Source: an uncultured Alphaproteobacteria bacterium
GTDB taxonomy: Bacteria > Pseudomonadota > Alphaproteobacteria > Rhizobiales > Xanthobacteraceae
DNA: 64,000 nt
Assembly (NCBI GenBank): GCA_963800215.1
Contig: CAWCZY010000019.1
Coordinates: 92,782 to 156,781 of the forward strand
Direction of reading: 5' to 3'
Shown here: piece after piece, positions 33,397-42,880 of the stretch
How the letters are laid out: every line of letters begins with the position of its first letter
Numbering within the stretch: the first letter of the stretch is position 1
Made by a program: the position numbers and the translations under genes
The notes under the pieces: model-generated
The model's database searches: none
What the model saw: only the letters and a program-made list of their open reading frames with translations
Told to the model about the DNA's origin: nothing

Positions 33397-33624
33397 ATGA
33401 CTAAAGATCAAGTCAAAGCGGTTCTCGATCGCGTGCTGACTTGGCCGCCGGAGCGGCAGGAAGACGTCGCCGAATTTCTCCTGAGCGTCGAGGCTCAGGA
33501 CAACAGCGACTACCGTTTGAGCGACGAGCAAATCGCCGAGTTGCGGCGTCGGCGCGCCGAAACCAATCCGAAGACACTTACTCCCACGGAATTCGACGAG
33601 AGATTGCGCCGCTTCGGGCTATGA
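33397..33624 (+). CDS. putative antitoxin partnered with a ParE-like toxin
   Basis: ORF 33397..33624. Small acidic protein; its stop overlaps the toxin start in an ATGA. The family was not identified with certainty. Confidence 0.65.
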   Translation: MTKDQVKAVLDRVLTWPPERQEDVAEFLLSVEAQDNSDYRLSDEQIAELRRRRAETNPKTLTPTEFDERLRRFGL

Positions 33625-33921
33625 AGATCATCGTCCGCGAGAAGGCCGACGCCGATCTCGATCATATCTTTGGTTGGATCGCCCAAAGTAACCCACGCGC
33701 AGCCACCGACATGATCCGGCGAATTCGCGGGCAAATCGGCAAACTCGAAACGCCCAGCCTCGCCCGCATGGGTCGTTCCGGCCTTGAGGAGGGAACCCGC
33801 GAACTCGTCGAACCCTCCCTACATCATCGTCTATGAGGTGCACGAAGCCCGAGACGAGGTCCACATCTTCTATATCGTCCACGGTGCGCAAGATCGCGAG
33901 AGCGGCAACCTGCGGCCGTGA
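33621..33921 (+). pseudogene. parE: ParE/RelE family toxin with a +1 frameshift near 33812..33822
   Basis: MKIIVREKADADLDHIFGWIAQSNPRAATDMIRRI...GTRELV reaches a stop at 33834. The expected continuation PYIIVYEVHEARDEVHIFYIVHGAQDR is in the +1 frame and ends at 33921. Confidence 0.75.
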
Positions 33922-34062
33922 GCGCCGCGCCTCCGCAGCCCATCTGCCCTCCTTTTTCTGCATGGGCCGGTGGTGTAGCCTGATCCCGCGGTGCGACCCG
34001 AACCGATGGTTCCCGCAGGTCGCCGCGCCAAAGATAAACCGTTGCGCTGGGAGGGTCCGTCC

Positions 34063-35010
34063 ATGTTGTCACGTCGCGGCTTCATCAACACCACGCTCGG
34101 CGCCGGAGCGGCGCTGGCGGCGCAAGGCCCGCAGCCGGGATCGGCGCAGGCGCCCGCCGCCCAGCCCGCGCGCAAGCGGCTGATCGTCGACGCCCAGGTC
34201 CATTTGTGGAAGGCGGAAACGCCGGACTGGAAATGGGTGCCCGGCATGACGCCGCAACTGCCCGAGCCCTTCACCATCGAGAAGCTGGTTCCGTTGATGA
34301 CCGAAGCCGGCGTCGACCGCGTCGTCGTGGTGCCGCCGTCGTGGCCGGGCGACCGCAACGATTATGGCCTGGAGGCGGCCCGGCGTTACCCCGACCGCTT
34401 CCACGTGATGGGACGTGTCACGCTCGCCGATCCCAAGCAGGCCGCGCTGCTGCCGAAATGGAGGGAGCAGCCCGGCATGCTCGGCGTCCGCCTGACCTTC
34501 ACGCGCCTCGCCGGCGCGGCCGGGTGGCTCACCGACGGCACCGCCGACTGGTTCTGGCCGGCGGCCGAGAAGGCCGGGATTCCCGTCATGTTTCTCGCCC
34601 CCGGCAACATGCCGGCCTTCGAGAAGATCGCCGAGCGCCACCCGCAGCTCGGCCTCGTCATCGATCACATGGCGCTGTCGCCGGAAATCGCCAAGGCCGG
34701 CAAGATCGCGGAGGCGCTCACCGAGACCGTCGCGCTCGCCAGGTATCCGAACGTGTCCATCAAGCTGTCGTCGTCGCCGCTCTATTCGTCCGAGCCGTAT
34801 CCGTTCCGCGACATGAATGTCCACCTCAAGCGCTGCTACGACGCCTTCGGCCCGCGCCGCTGCCATTGGGGCACCGACATCACCAATTCATACGACAAGG
34901 CCACCTACCGCCAGCGCATCATGCATTTCGAGCAGCTGGATTTCCTGTCGGAAGACGACAAGGACTGGATCATGGGGCGCGCGATCGTCACGAAGCTGGG
35001 ATGGACGTAG
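34063..35010 (+). CDS. Tat-exported amidohydrolase family protein
   Basis: ATG at 34063 preceded by GGAGGG, inside ORF 33991..35010. Twin-arginine SRRGFI. LIVDAQVHLW is the metal-binding start typical of Amidohydro_2. Confidence 0.8.
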   Translation: MLSRRGFINTTLGAGAALAAQGPQPGSAQAPAAQPARKRLIVDAQVHLWKAETPDWKWVPGMTPQLPEPFTIEKLVPLMTEAGVDRVVVVPPSWPGDRNDYGLEAARRYPDRFHVMGRVTLADPKQAALLPKWREQPGMLGVRLTFTRLAGAAGWLTDGTADWFWPAAEKAGIPVMFLAPGNMPAFEKIAERHPQLGLVIDHMALSPEIAKAGKIAEALTETVALARYPNVSIKLSSSPLYSSEPYPFRDMNVHLKRCYDAFGPRRCHWGTDITNSYDKATYRQRIMHFEQLDFLSEDDKDWIMGRAIVTKLGWT

Positions 35011-35057
35011 GGAGAGACCAGCATGCGTTGCGCAAACGAAAGGGCGGCATCGCCGCC

Positions 35058-35702
35058 TCAGCGTGCGCCGCGGCGGCAGCGCCCTTCTCCTCGCGATTGT
35101 CCAGGGTCATCGGAGGCGGCCGTGGCGCCCGGAGCGCCGGCGCCTCCGGCCGCGCCCCGGCAATTCCGCCGCGCCTCGCGAACGACGTCCGGCCGGTTCA
35201 ATTCACCACCGGTGAAGACGAGCGACTGCTGGAAGCGGATGGCGTAGGACGCCGCCTCGTTTCCCGAAAGCGCCTTTCCCTCGATCTGATAGAGCCGCCC
35301 CTTGTGATAGAACACCGCGGCCGAGGAACGGCTGCCGTCCGGCCTCACGATGCTGAGCTGCCGCCCGTAAACCCGATTGATCCGGGCGGGAATATTGACC
35401 TTTATCTCGCCTCCCTGGGACAGCGTCTTGATCGCATGATCGATCACGGCGCTCTCTTCCATCGCGGGATCCGAGAGGTCGACCACGGTCATCTTGAAGA
35501 TCGCGTCGTCCTGGGTGACGGAATAAACGCGCGCTTCGACCGAGCGGCCGTCGGCAGCCTGGTAGGTCGAGGTTTCGACCTGGGGGCCGGCAGGAAACGA
35601 GACGATGAAGGAATCGCTGGGATAGGTGTATTCCTTCCAGCCCTGCGCCGCGGCCGAAGCCGTGACGGCAAACATCGCGAGGAGGAAAGCGATCAGTCGC
35701 AT
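35058..35702 (-). CDS. secreted hypothetical protein
   Basis: ORF 35058..35702 with signal peptide MRLIAFLLAMFAVTASAAAQG. No recognised domain. The C-terminal 45 aa are low complexity and may be out of frame. Confidence 0.55.
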   Translation of the reverse strand: MRLIAFLLAMFAVTASAAAQGWKEYTYPSDSFIVSFPAGPQVETSTYQAADGRSVEARVYSVTQDDAIFKMTVVDLSDPAMEESAVIDHAIKTLSQGGEIKVNIPARINRVYGRQLSIVRPDGSRSSAAVFYHKGRLYQIEGKALSGNEAASYAIRFQQSLVFTGGELNRPDVVREARRNCRGAAGGAGAPGATAASDDPGQSRGEGRCRRGAR

Positions 35703-35964
35703 CTCGTATCTCCACCGGGATTTGTCCGATGAGTTGAGCGAAGCCTATCGGGGCGAACATTACGAGCCGATGAACGGCGAATTACGGATGGCGCCGAGGG
35801 CAGCCGGCTCGCCATCCGCCGCATCAAGGCCTGTCGAAGGCGATGATCTCTGCGAGATATTCGATCGCGAGTTCCGACCGGCATCTCGGATGCATCGCCG
35901 AGGTCGTTCGGACAAACCCATGGCCCTGCTGTTCATGGGCTCGAGCCGGATTGACCGGTGTTTC

Positions 35965-36315
35965 TCAGCCGGTGAAATCGTAGAGGCCCACAGGCGTCCC
36001 GACCGGCTCTTTTTCGGGCTCGGCTGCCGGATCGGTTGGAACGGCCTTCGCGCGATCCTTTGCAATCTTAGGGGTCACCTTGGGAGCAACTTTGGAGGTC
36101 ACCTTAGAGGTGACCTTGGGGACCGGGGCCTGGGTGCTCTTGTGCACCGGCTTCGGGCGCTTCACGCCGGCATTCTGAGCGGGTCCCGGGGTGGAGAAGG
36201 ACGGGAGAGCATTCTGGGCGGGGCCCGGTACGAAGAGCGGCAACTGGGCGAGACCCGGCGTGGAGTAGGAACCGGCGGCAAGCGCGAGGACGAGCGCCAA
36301 AGAAATCCTGGTCAT
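35965..36315 (-). CDS. secreted Pro/Lys-rich hypothetical protein
   Basis: ORF 35965..36315 with signal peptide MTRISLALVLALAAG. Internal repeats GPAQNA x2 and KVTSKVTSKVAPKVTPK. Confidence 0.5.
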   Translation of the reverse strand: MTRISLALVLALAAGSYSTPGLAQLPLFVPGPAQNALPSFSTPGPAQNAGVKRPKPVHKSTQAPVPKVTSKVTSKVAPKVTPKIAKDRAKAVPTDPAAEPEKEPVGTPVGLYDFTG

Positions 36316-36475
36316 GACAATTTTCCCTGTTTGACCGCAGCGCCTTACCTGCGGATCGCTCGGCAGTCTAGGCTACGGCGGCGATCCACATTGTGACCGA
36401 GGTCACACTCGGACGTGCCCGGTCAGGCAGGACGCGGATCATCTCCTTTACCACGTCAGGAGGGCCGCCGCCCAG

Positions 36476-39400
36476 TCACGCCTCGATCGTCGCAAACCGG
36501 TTCGGCGCCGGCAGCAGGATCGCCGCCGAGGTCGTGAGCAGGGAGGGGCGGACCAGGATGCAGTCGCCAGGCCGCCATTCCCGCAGATGGGCGATGATCG
36601 CCGCCACGTTGGAGCGGCCGTTGCCGATGAACTTGTCGGCGCGCAACGCGAGATAGGTGTCGGTCAGGACCTCCATTCCGAGCCGCGCGCCGTCGGCCGC
36701 GGGACCATAGTGCAGGCCGGTCGCCGTCGCGCCCCGCTGCGAGCCGGTGGTGACGACCCGGTCGCCGAACGCGGCTTTGACGCGGGCGAACCAATGGTCG
36801 TCGTCGGTCAGGAGCAGGATACGCCAGGAGCGGTCGACCTCGGCCAGCGCCGTGAGGCAGACGTGATTGGCCGCTTCCGAACCGGCGTCTTCGCGGCTCT
36901 TGTCGGTACCGCGAATGTGGACGGCGACGAACGGAGCGCCCTGCAGATGCTGGCGGGAAAATGCCTGGACGCGCGGCAGCACGACCGCGGCCGGGCGCAG
37001 ATATCTGTCGATGAGGGTGCGGTAGATTTCGTCGATCGATTTGCCGTGCAGGGGATGCGACGCCGCAATCCACGGCATCACGTCGACGACGCCGATATAG
37101 TAGTCGCACACCGCGATGGTTTCCGGCCGGCGCAGAAAATCGAATGCCGCCATGCGGGAATATTCGCCGTCCCACTTCGCGACGCTCTCGGCCGTGAGGT
37201 TGCCCGCGTTCCATTTCGGTGGGAAACAATCGGCGTCCGGGATGGCGACGAGTTGGTCGATGGTGACGGCGTTCACCGGCTTGAAATAGCGCCTGAACGC
37301 CTCACCGCCGGTGGCGCCGCCGAACAGGCTGTTCTCTCCCCAATGGATCACCGGCGTCCTGCCGGTGACTTCGGCCAGCAGCAGGCAGCCGAGGACGTGC
37401 GTGACGTCGGACCAGAAGCCGCATCCCCAGCTCTTGCTCAGAAGAAAGCGCGCGCGGCCGGCGATGGGGCCGCCGGGAGGATTGGGATCGGGCGATTTGG
37501 GATCAGGCGTCTTGGAATCGCTTGTTTTGGAATCGCTTGTTTTGGGCGCCTCGCGCCCGCGCTGCCACAGGGCGCGGTACGCCCGTGCGATCTTGCCCGC
37601 AGATGCCGGCGTCGCGCACCAGCGCTGCCACATGGTGCGGTAGGCGGTCTCGACGTTACGGGCAAACGCCGCGGCGTCGCACAGCGGCGACGCCGCCATC
37701 CGCGGCCGCAATGATCGCCGCAGGCCGGCGAGGCGCGCGGGATCGGCGGCGAGCGCGGCGGCGGTGTCCACATAGTCTTCGACGGAGCCGGCGATCAAGT
37801 CCGCGAGGCCCGCCTGGCTCAGCAGGCTGGCCCCGACCCGGCCGGCATGACGTCCGCCCCGTAGCATCACGACAGGCACGCCCATCCACAGCGCCTCGCA
37901 AGTGGTGGTGGTGCCGTTATAGGGAAACGGATCGAGCGCGATGTCGACGCGGTCGTAAAGCGCGAGATGGGCGGCGCCGTCGGCGGCCCATGGCACCAGC
38001 TCGACCCGTTCCGCAGCCACCCCGCGCCGGCGCAGCCGCTCCAGATACCACGCGCGGGTGACGGGGTAGGAGAACGGCTTGCCCTTGAGCAGCAGGCGCG
38101 CCGCGGGGAGGCGGGCGAGCAATCCCGCCCACGCATCGAGGGTGGCCGAGGACAGCTTGGCCGGGTTGTTGAACGAGCCGAAGGTGACGGTGCCGGCACT
38201 TGTGCCGGTTCCTGTGCCGTCGGCGAGGCAGGGCGGGGGGCCCGGCGCCGGGGCATCCTTCGGCGCGCCATAGCAGAGAAAGCCGCCGGGTAGCCGCACC
38301 AGGGTCTCGCTGGCGAAGGCGTCGGCCTCGCCCTCGGGATCGGTCACCGCATCGACCAAACGGTAATCGATGGTGTCGAGGCCGGTGGTGTTGGGATAGC
38401 CGAGCCACGTCACCTGCACCGGCGCCGGCTTGCGCGCAAACACCAGAAGCCGGTTCTTCGCGGTGTGGCCGCCGACATCGACGAGGATGTCGATGCCGTC
38501 GAGCTGGATGCGCTCGGCCAGCCGCTCATCGGACATTCCGGCCGTCTCCACCCAGTGGTCGGCGAGGGCCTTGAAGCGCGCGGTCACCGCGTCCGGCCGG
38601 ACGACCTGCGCGTAGCAGAACACCTCGACCGCGTCGTGGTCATGATGGCGGAGCAGCGGTTCCAGGAAATACGCCACCGAATGCTGCCGGAAATCCGCGG
38701 ACACATAGCCGACCTTCAGCCGCCGCCCCGCCCCGCGGCCATTGGCGTAGGCAGCCGGCCGCGGCATCGCCTGCGCATGACGTTCGTTCCAGGCGCGGTG
38801 GGCGTCGAACAGCATCGCGTTGGAAACGCGCGCGTCATAATTGAGGCAGGTCAGGAGGCCGGTGCTTGCCTGGATGAAGTCCGGCTTGAACAGGATGGCC
38901 TGGCGATAGGCCGCGACCGTCTCGTCGAGCCTGCCGAGGTCATAAAGCGCATTGCCGAGGTTGTAGTGGGCCTCGGCGGAGAAATGCCGGATATCGATCG
39001 CGGTGCGGCATGCCGCGATGGCCTCGTCGAGCTTGCCCTGGTCCCGCAGCACGCTGCCGAGATTGGAATGGGCCTCGGCATGATCCGGCTTGAGGCGGAT
39101 GGCCTCGCGGCAGGCCCGCTCCGCTTCGTCGAGGTCGCCCTGCTGATAGAGCGCGGCGCCGAGATTGGAACAGGCCTCGGCAAAATCCGGCCTGATGCGG
39201 ATCGCCTCGCGACAGGCGGCGACGGCCTCCTCGAGCCTGCCCTGCCGGCCGAGCACGCCGCCGAGATTGGAGTAGGGCTCGGCCAGCCCCGGTTTGAGGC
39301 GGATCGCCTCGCCATATTCGGCGACCGCCTCGTCCAGCTTGCCCTGGCCCATCAGCGCAAGGCCGAGATTGGTGTGGGCCTCGGCAAAGTCCGGGGCGAG

Positions 39401-39766
39401 GCGGATCGCTTCGCGGCAGGCGGCGACCGCCTCCTCGAGCATGCCCTGGTCGCGCAATGCGAAGCCGAAATTGCAGTAGTAGACCGGGTTGCCTGGGTTG
39501 CGCCTTATCGCCTGGCGGATCAGATCGACGGCGAGGTCATGGCGGCCGACCTGCTGGGCGAGGGCGCCCAAGAGGTGCAGGGCGTCGGCATGGCCGGGCT
39601 GGGCCGCCAGCACCTGCTGGTAACACGCCTCGGCCTCGGCCAATCGTCCCGCCTGGTGGTGGGCGACGCCCGCCTCGAACACGCCTGCGATGCCCGCGGC
39701 CTTGACGGGCGCCGCGGAATCGCCCGCCCCGGATTCGGGGCTGTCACGGGGTGGTTCGCGGTTCAT
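36476..39766 (-). CDS. TPR-repeat protein fused to a GT41 (OGT/SPINDLY-like) glycosyltransferase domain and a C-terminal NodZ/GT23-like domain
   Basis: ORF 36476..39766 (1096 aa). About nine TPRs at the N-terminus. GT41-type core (KVGYVSADFRQHSVAYFLEPLL, VQVTWLGYPNTTG, FGSFNNPAKL, ALDPFPYNGTTTTCEALWMGVP). KTSDS/KTPDP linker. Last ~330 aa carry GCGFWSD, RTPVIHW and VAVHIRGTDK motifs resembling NodZ. Confidence 0.9.
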   Translation of the reverse strand: MNREPPRDSPESGAGDSAAPVKAAGIAGVFEAGVAHHQAGRLAEAEACYQQVLAAQPGHADALHLLGALAQQVGRHDLAVDLIRQAIRRNPGNPVYYCNFGFALRDQGMLEEAVAACREAIRLAPDFAEAHTNLGLALMGQGKLDEAVAEYGEAIRLKPGLAEPYSNLGGVLGRQGRLEEAVAACREAIRIRPDFAEACSNLGAALYQQGDLDEAERACREAIRLKPDHAEAHSNLGSVLRDQGKLDEAIAACRTAIDIRHFSAEAHYNLGNALYDLGRLDETVAAYRQAILFKPDFIQASTGLLTCLNYDARVSNAMLFDAHRAWNERHAQAMPRPAAYANGRGAGRRLKVGYVSADFRQHSVAYFLEPLLRHHDHDAVEVFCYAQVVRPDAVTARFKALADHWVETAGMSDERLAERIQLDGIDILVDVGGHTAKNRLLVFARKPAPVQVTWLGYPNTTGLDTIDYRLVDAVTDPEGEADAFASETLVRLPGGFLCYGAPKDAPAPGPPPCLADGTGTGTSAGTVTFGSFNNPAKLSSATLDAWAGLLARLPAARLLLKGKPFSYPVTRAWYLERLRRRGVAAERVELVPWAADGAAHLALYDRVDIALDPFPYNGTTTTCEALWMGVPVVMLRGGRHAGRVGASLLSQAGLADLIAGSVEDYVDTAAALAADPARLAGLRRSLRPRMAASPLCDAAAFARNVETAYRTMWQRWCATPASAGKIARAYRALWQRGREAPKTSDSKTSDSKTPDPKSPDPNPPGGPIAGRARFLLSKSWGCGFWSDVTHVLGCLLLAEVTGRTPVIHWGENSLFGGATGGEAFRRYFKPVNAVTIDQLVAIPDADCFPPKWNAGNLTAESVAKWDGEYSRMAAFDFLRRPETIAVCDYYIGVVDVMPWIAASHPLHGKSIDEIYRTLIDRYLRPAAVVLPRVQAFSRQHLQGAPFVAVHIRGTDKSREDAGSEAANHVCLTALAEVDRSWRILLLTDDDHWFARVKAAFGDRVVTTGSQRGATATGLHYGPAADGARLGMEVLTDTYLALRADKFIGNGRSNVAAIIAHLREWRPGDCILVRPSLLTTSAAILLPAPNRFATIEA

Positions 39767-39863
39767 GGGTCAGCTCTCGGCCGGCGCGTGCATTCGGCTG
39801 CCGCGTCTAGCCCGGAAGGCCGCGCAAATGAAAGCCCCGGCCGGCGAGCCGGAGCACGGTTTT

Positions 39864-39896
39864 TGCTCCCTCCCCCGCGAGCGGGAGAGGGGAGCA
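39864..39896. repeat. CTCCCTCCCC hairpin repeat
   Basis: TGCTCCCTCCCCCGCGAGCGGGAGAGGGGAGCA, preceded by TTTT. Same family as the copies at 10627 and 46256. Confidence 0.5.
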
Positions 39897-39926
39897 ATAC
39901 TGAATCGATTTCTGGCGGACCAGTCC

Positions 39927-40547
39927 TCAGTTCCCGAACTTGATCAGGTCGCTGCGGGTGAGGGTCACGCTCTGGGTCAGCACGGCAGGGCCGCCCTTGG
40001 AGAGGTGCCAGGCCGCGTATTGTTCGTTGTAGGGGTCTTCCGCCGACATTCCGTCGACCGGCACGACGGCCTTGTAGCCGCGCTGCACCGCGCCGTTGCT
40101 GGTGCCGACCACCGCGCCCTGGGCGGAGGTGCCGGTCACGATCACGGTCTTGATGCCCTTGTCCTTGAGCCGCTGCTCGAGGTCGGAGCCGATGAACTTG
40201 TCGGCGCCGCCGCGGGGCACCCACTCGCCGGCGCGCGGCGCAAGGCCCGGGTCGACGATGCCCTCCGGGGTCGGCGTGGTGCCGACCACCGTATAGAACA
40301 CCATCATGTCGTGGGCGCGGGCCTCGTCCAGCAGCTTCTTGACGGGGGCCACCGTGGAGGCGCAACGCGGGCGGACGCCGCAATTGGTCTTCATGAGATC
40401 GAGGATCAGGAGCGCCGTCGTCTTGGGATCGACCGTCGCCGGCTTGAGCTCCGGCACCGGCGGCGGCTTCACCGTCGCCCATTCCTTGGTGATGTCCATG
40501 GCCCGCGCCGGCACGGCGGTGAGCGCCGCGGCGACGGCAGCGAGCAC
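39927..40547 (-). CDS. isochorismatase-family cysteine hydrolase, probably exported
   Basis: ORF 39927..40547. Motifs TALLILDLM, TVIVTGTSAQGAV and VPVDGMSA. A signal-like N-terminus continues upstream in another frame from the ATG at 40584. Confidence 0.8.
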   Translation of the reverse strand: MLAAVAAALTAVPARAMDITKEWATVKPPPVPELKPATVDPKTTALLILDLMKTNCGVRPRCASTVAPVKKLLDEARAHDMMVFYTVVGTTPTPEGIVDPGLAPRAGEWVPRGGADKFIGSDLEQRLKDKGIKTVIVTGTSAQGAVVGTSNGAVQRGYKAVVPVDGMSAEDPYNEQYAAWHLSKGGPAVLTQSVTLTRSDLIKFGN

Positions 40548-40884
40548 GGCGATGCTGCAGGATGGCTTGGCGAGAATTCCTCATGATGTTCCTCCCGATT
40601 GAATATTCTTGGCAGCGGACGCGGATGATCCGGCTATACCGGCCAGTCTAGCGCGGATATCGCTGCTCCTCCATCGCAAAGGACGAGGTGCCCGGCATGG
40701 CGCCGCGACAAGCCTGCGCTTAGACGCGAGCGGCCAAGTGGTGTAGCCTCGCCAGCGAGCTGCCAATGGGCGTTGCCTAAGTCCCCTCCATCGCGCCTCT
40801 CCATCAGACAGCAGCCGCGACACTGAACGAGTGGGCCGACCTGTCCCGCCATTCGGGAACCGTCGGACCACTGGGAGATCGGTC

Positions 40885-41913
40885 ATGAAGCGCAGGGATT
40901 TCGTCATCAACCTCGGCAGCTTTGCGGCTTGGCCTCTGGCGGTGGCGCAGGCGCAGCAAGCGACACCCGAACGTGGAGACACGATGCCGGCACCCGCACC
41001 GATAAAGCGCATCCGCACCAAGACCCTGGAGATCGCCTACGAGGAAAGCGGGCCGGAGACGGGGACACCGGTGCTCCTCATGCACGGATTCCCCTACGAC
41101 CCGCGCGCCTATGACGGAGTGGTCCCGCCCCTCGTCGATGCGGGATGCCGGACCATCGTCCCGTATTTGCGCGGCTTCGGTCCGACGCGCTTCCTGTCGC
41201 CGGACACGATGCGCTCCGGCCAGCAGGGCGCCATCGGCCAGGATCTGCTGGACTTGATGGATGCGCTCGCGTTGCCGACCGCGGTGTTGGCCGGTTTCGA
41301 TTGGGGCGGCCGCGCCGCCTGTGTGGTTGCGGCGTTGTGGCCGGAGCGGGTGCAGGGGCTGGTCACGGCCAATGGCTACACCATCCAGGATATTGCGAGG
41401 TCGGTCGAGCCTCGGCTGCCGCAGCAGGAGCATCGCGCCTGGTACCAATATTATTTCCATACCGAGCGCGGCCGGGCCGGGCTTACGGCGTATCGGCGGG
41501 AACTCGGCAAGCTGTTGTGGCAGCTGTGGTCGCCGACCTGGAAGTTCGACGACGCGACCTACGCGCGCACCGCCGTCTCGTTCGATAATCCGGACTTCGT
41601 CGATGTCGTCATCCATTCCTACCGCCACCGATTCGGCTACGCCCCCGGCGATCCCGCGTTCGAAGCGGTCGAAGAGCGTCTGGCCGCGCTTCCGGCGATC
41701 ACGGTGCCGACGATTGCGCTGTACGGAAGCACCGATGGGGTGGCGCCGCCGCCCAACCTCTCCGCGCAGCGGCGCTTCTTCTCCATCCACGCGCTGCAAC
41801 GGATCGTCGGCGGGGTTGGGCACGACATACCGCAGGAGGCCCCGACGGCCGTTGCCGCGGCCGTTCTCGAACTCGTTTCGGCGCAACGCAACCGGAGCCG
41901 CCGCGGGGGCTGA
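40885..41913 (+). CDS. alpha/beta hydrolase (epoxide hydrolase / haloalkane dehalogenase-like) with Tat-like signal
   Basis: ATG at 40885 inside ORF 40831..41913. RRDFV signal; HGFPYDPRAY; nucleophile elbow GFDWGG; C-terminal GHDIPQEAP. Confidence 0.85.
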   Translation: MKRRDFVINLGSFAAWPLAVAQAQQATPERGDTMPAPAPIKRIRTKTLEIAYEESGPETGTPVLLMHGFPYDPRAYDGVVPPLVDAGCRTIVPYLRGFGPTRFLSPDTMRSGQQGAIGQDLLDLMDALALPTAVLAGFDWGGRAACVVAALWPERVQGLVTANGYTIQDIARSVEPRLPQQEHRAWYQYYFHTERGRAGLTAYRRELGKLLWQLWSPTWKFDDATYARTAVSFDNPDFVDVVIHSYRHRFGYAPGDPAFEAVEERLAALPAITVPTIALYGSTDGVAPPPNLSAQRRFFSIHALQRIVGGVGHDIPQEAPTAVAAAVLELVSAQRNRSRRGG

Positions 41914-42165
41914 CCGCGTTCGCTGGAAGTTGCGACCAGATCGAGCCGGACACGGCGGGTAAGTCGGTGAGGCTCGACCAGCGCCGGTCTGGAAGCGAGA
42001 CGCGACATGATTCCGGCCCGGGCGATGCAATGCGGACGCCGCCGGTAAACAATCTGATGATTCTTGCGCTGTAGCGCGGAACGATCGAAGCGGCTCGCCG
42101 TTGAGGCTGTGAGTACTTCCAGCGGATGAGCGCTTGGGATGGGATTCCCGCGCCCAGGTGAAAAC

Positions 42166-42732
42166 ATGACCAATCCACCACCTCCAGCCACTCTGATGAG
42201 CAGGTTCATGAGTTGGGGCCGCACGCGCGGCCGCTACCGTGCCGGGGCGGCGGCCACGTTGCTGATGGCGCTGATCGCCATATCGGCGACCGTTCGCTCA
42301 GCCGCCGAGAGTGATCCTGCGCCGCAACCGCAAAATGAGGCGTTGCCGGACAATGATGCCGGCAAGGCTCCAACTGCCGCTCCAGCCGAGCCGACCGTGA
42401 CAATTCTCGATCACCGCGACGTGCAGGGCGTTCTCGGCAAGGAGGTTCGAAGCGCGGCCGACGAGAACATGGGGCGGATCGTCGACATCATCGTGGACCG
42501 GAACGGGCAGGTCAGGGCTGCCGTCGTCGACTTCGGCGGCTTCCTCGGTGTCGGCAGCCGCAAGATCGCGATCGCGTGGAATTCCCTGCGTTTCCCGGCC
42601 AACGGTAAGGTCGACCGGGTGACGCTCGAATGGACCCGCGATCAGGTGCGGGAAGCGCCGGAATACAAGGCTGACAAGCCGGTCGGAGTCCTGGAGGCGG
42701 CCAGCGACCTCGAGTCGCCCCCGCTGCCATAA
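42166..42732 (+). CDS. PRC-barrel domain protein with N-terminal membrane anchor
   Basis: Inside ORF 42139..42732. GKEVRSAADENMGRIVDIIVDRNGQVRAAVVDFGGFLGVGSRKIAI is typical of the PRC barrel. Start uncertain. Confidence 0.7.
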   Translation: MTNPPPPATLMSRFMSWGRTRGRYRAGAAATLLMALIAISATVRSAAESDPAPQPQNEALPDNDAGKAPTAAPAEPTVTILDHRDVQGVLGKEVRSAADENMGRIVDIIVDRNGQVRAAVVDFGGFLGVGSRKIAIAWNSLRFPANGKVDRVTLEWTRDQVREAPEYKADKPVGVLEAASDLESPPLP

Positions 42733-42880
42733 AAAATCATTCCACCGGGAGCCCCCGCCTCTGTCCGTCAAACCATCACGGCGCCCCGCCGGCAGTCCGG
42801 ACCGCGAACCGGCGCCGCAGCCGCCGGCCGATGAATCCGCGTCGCATTCGGACGGACCTGCCGGGACAAGCCCGGAGCGT

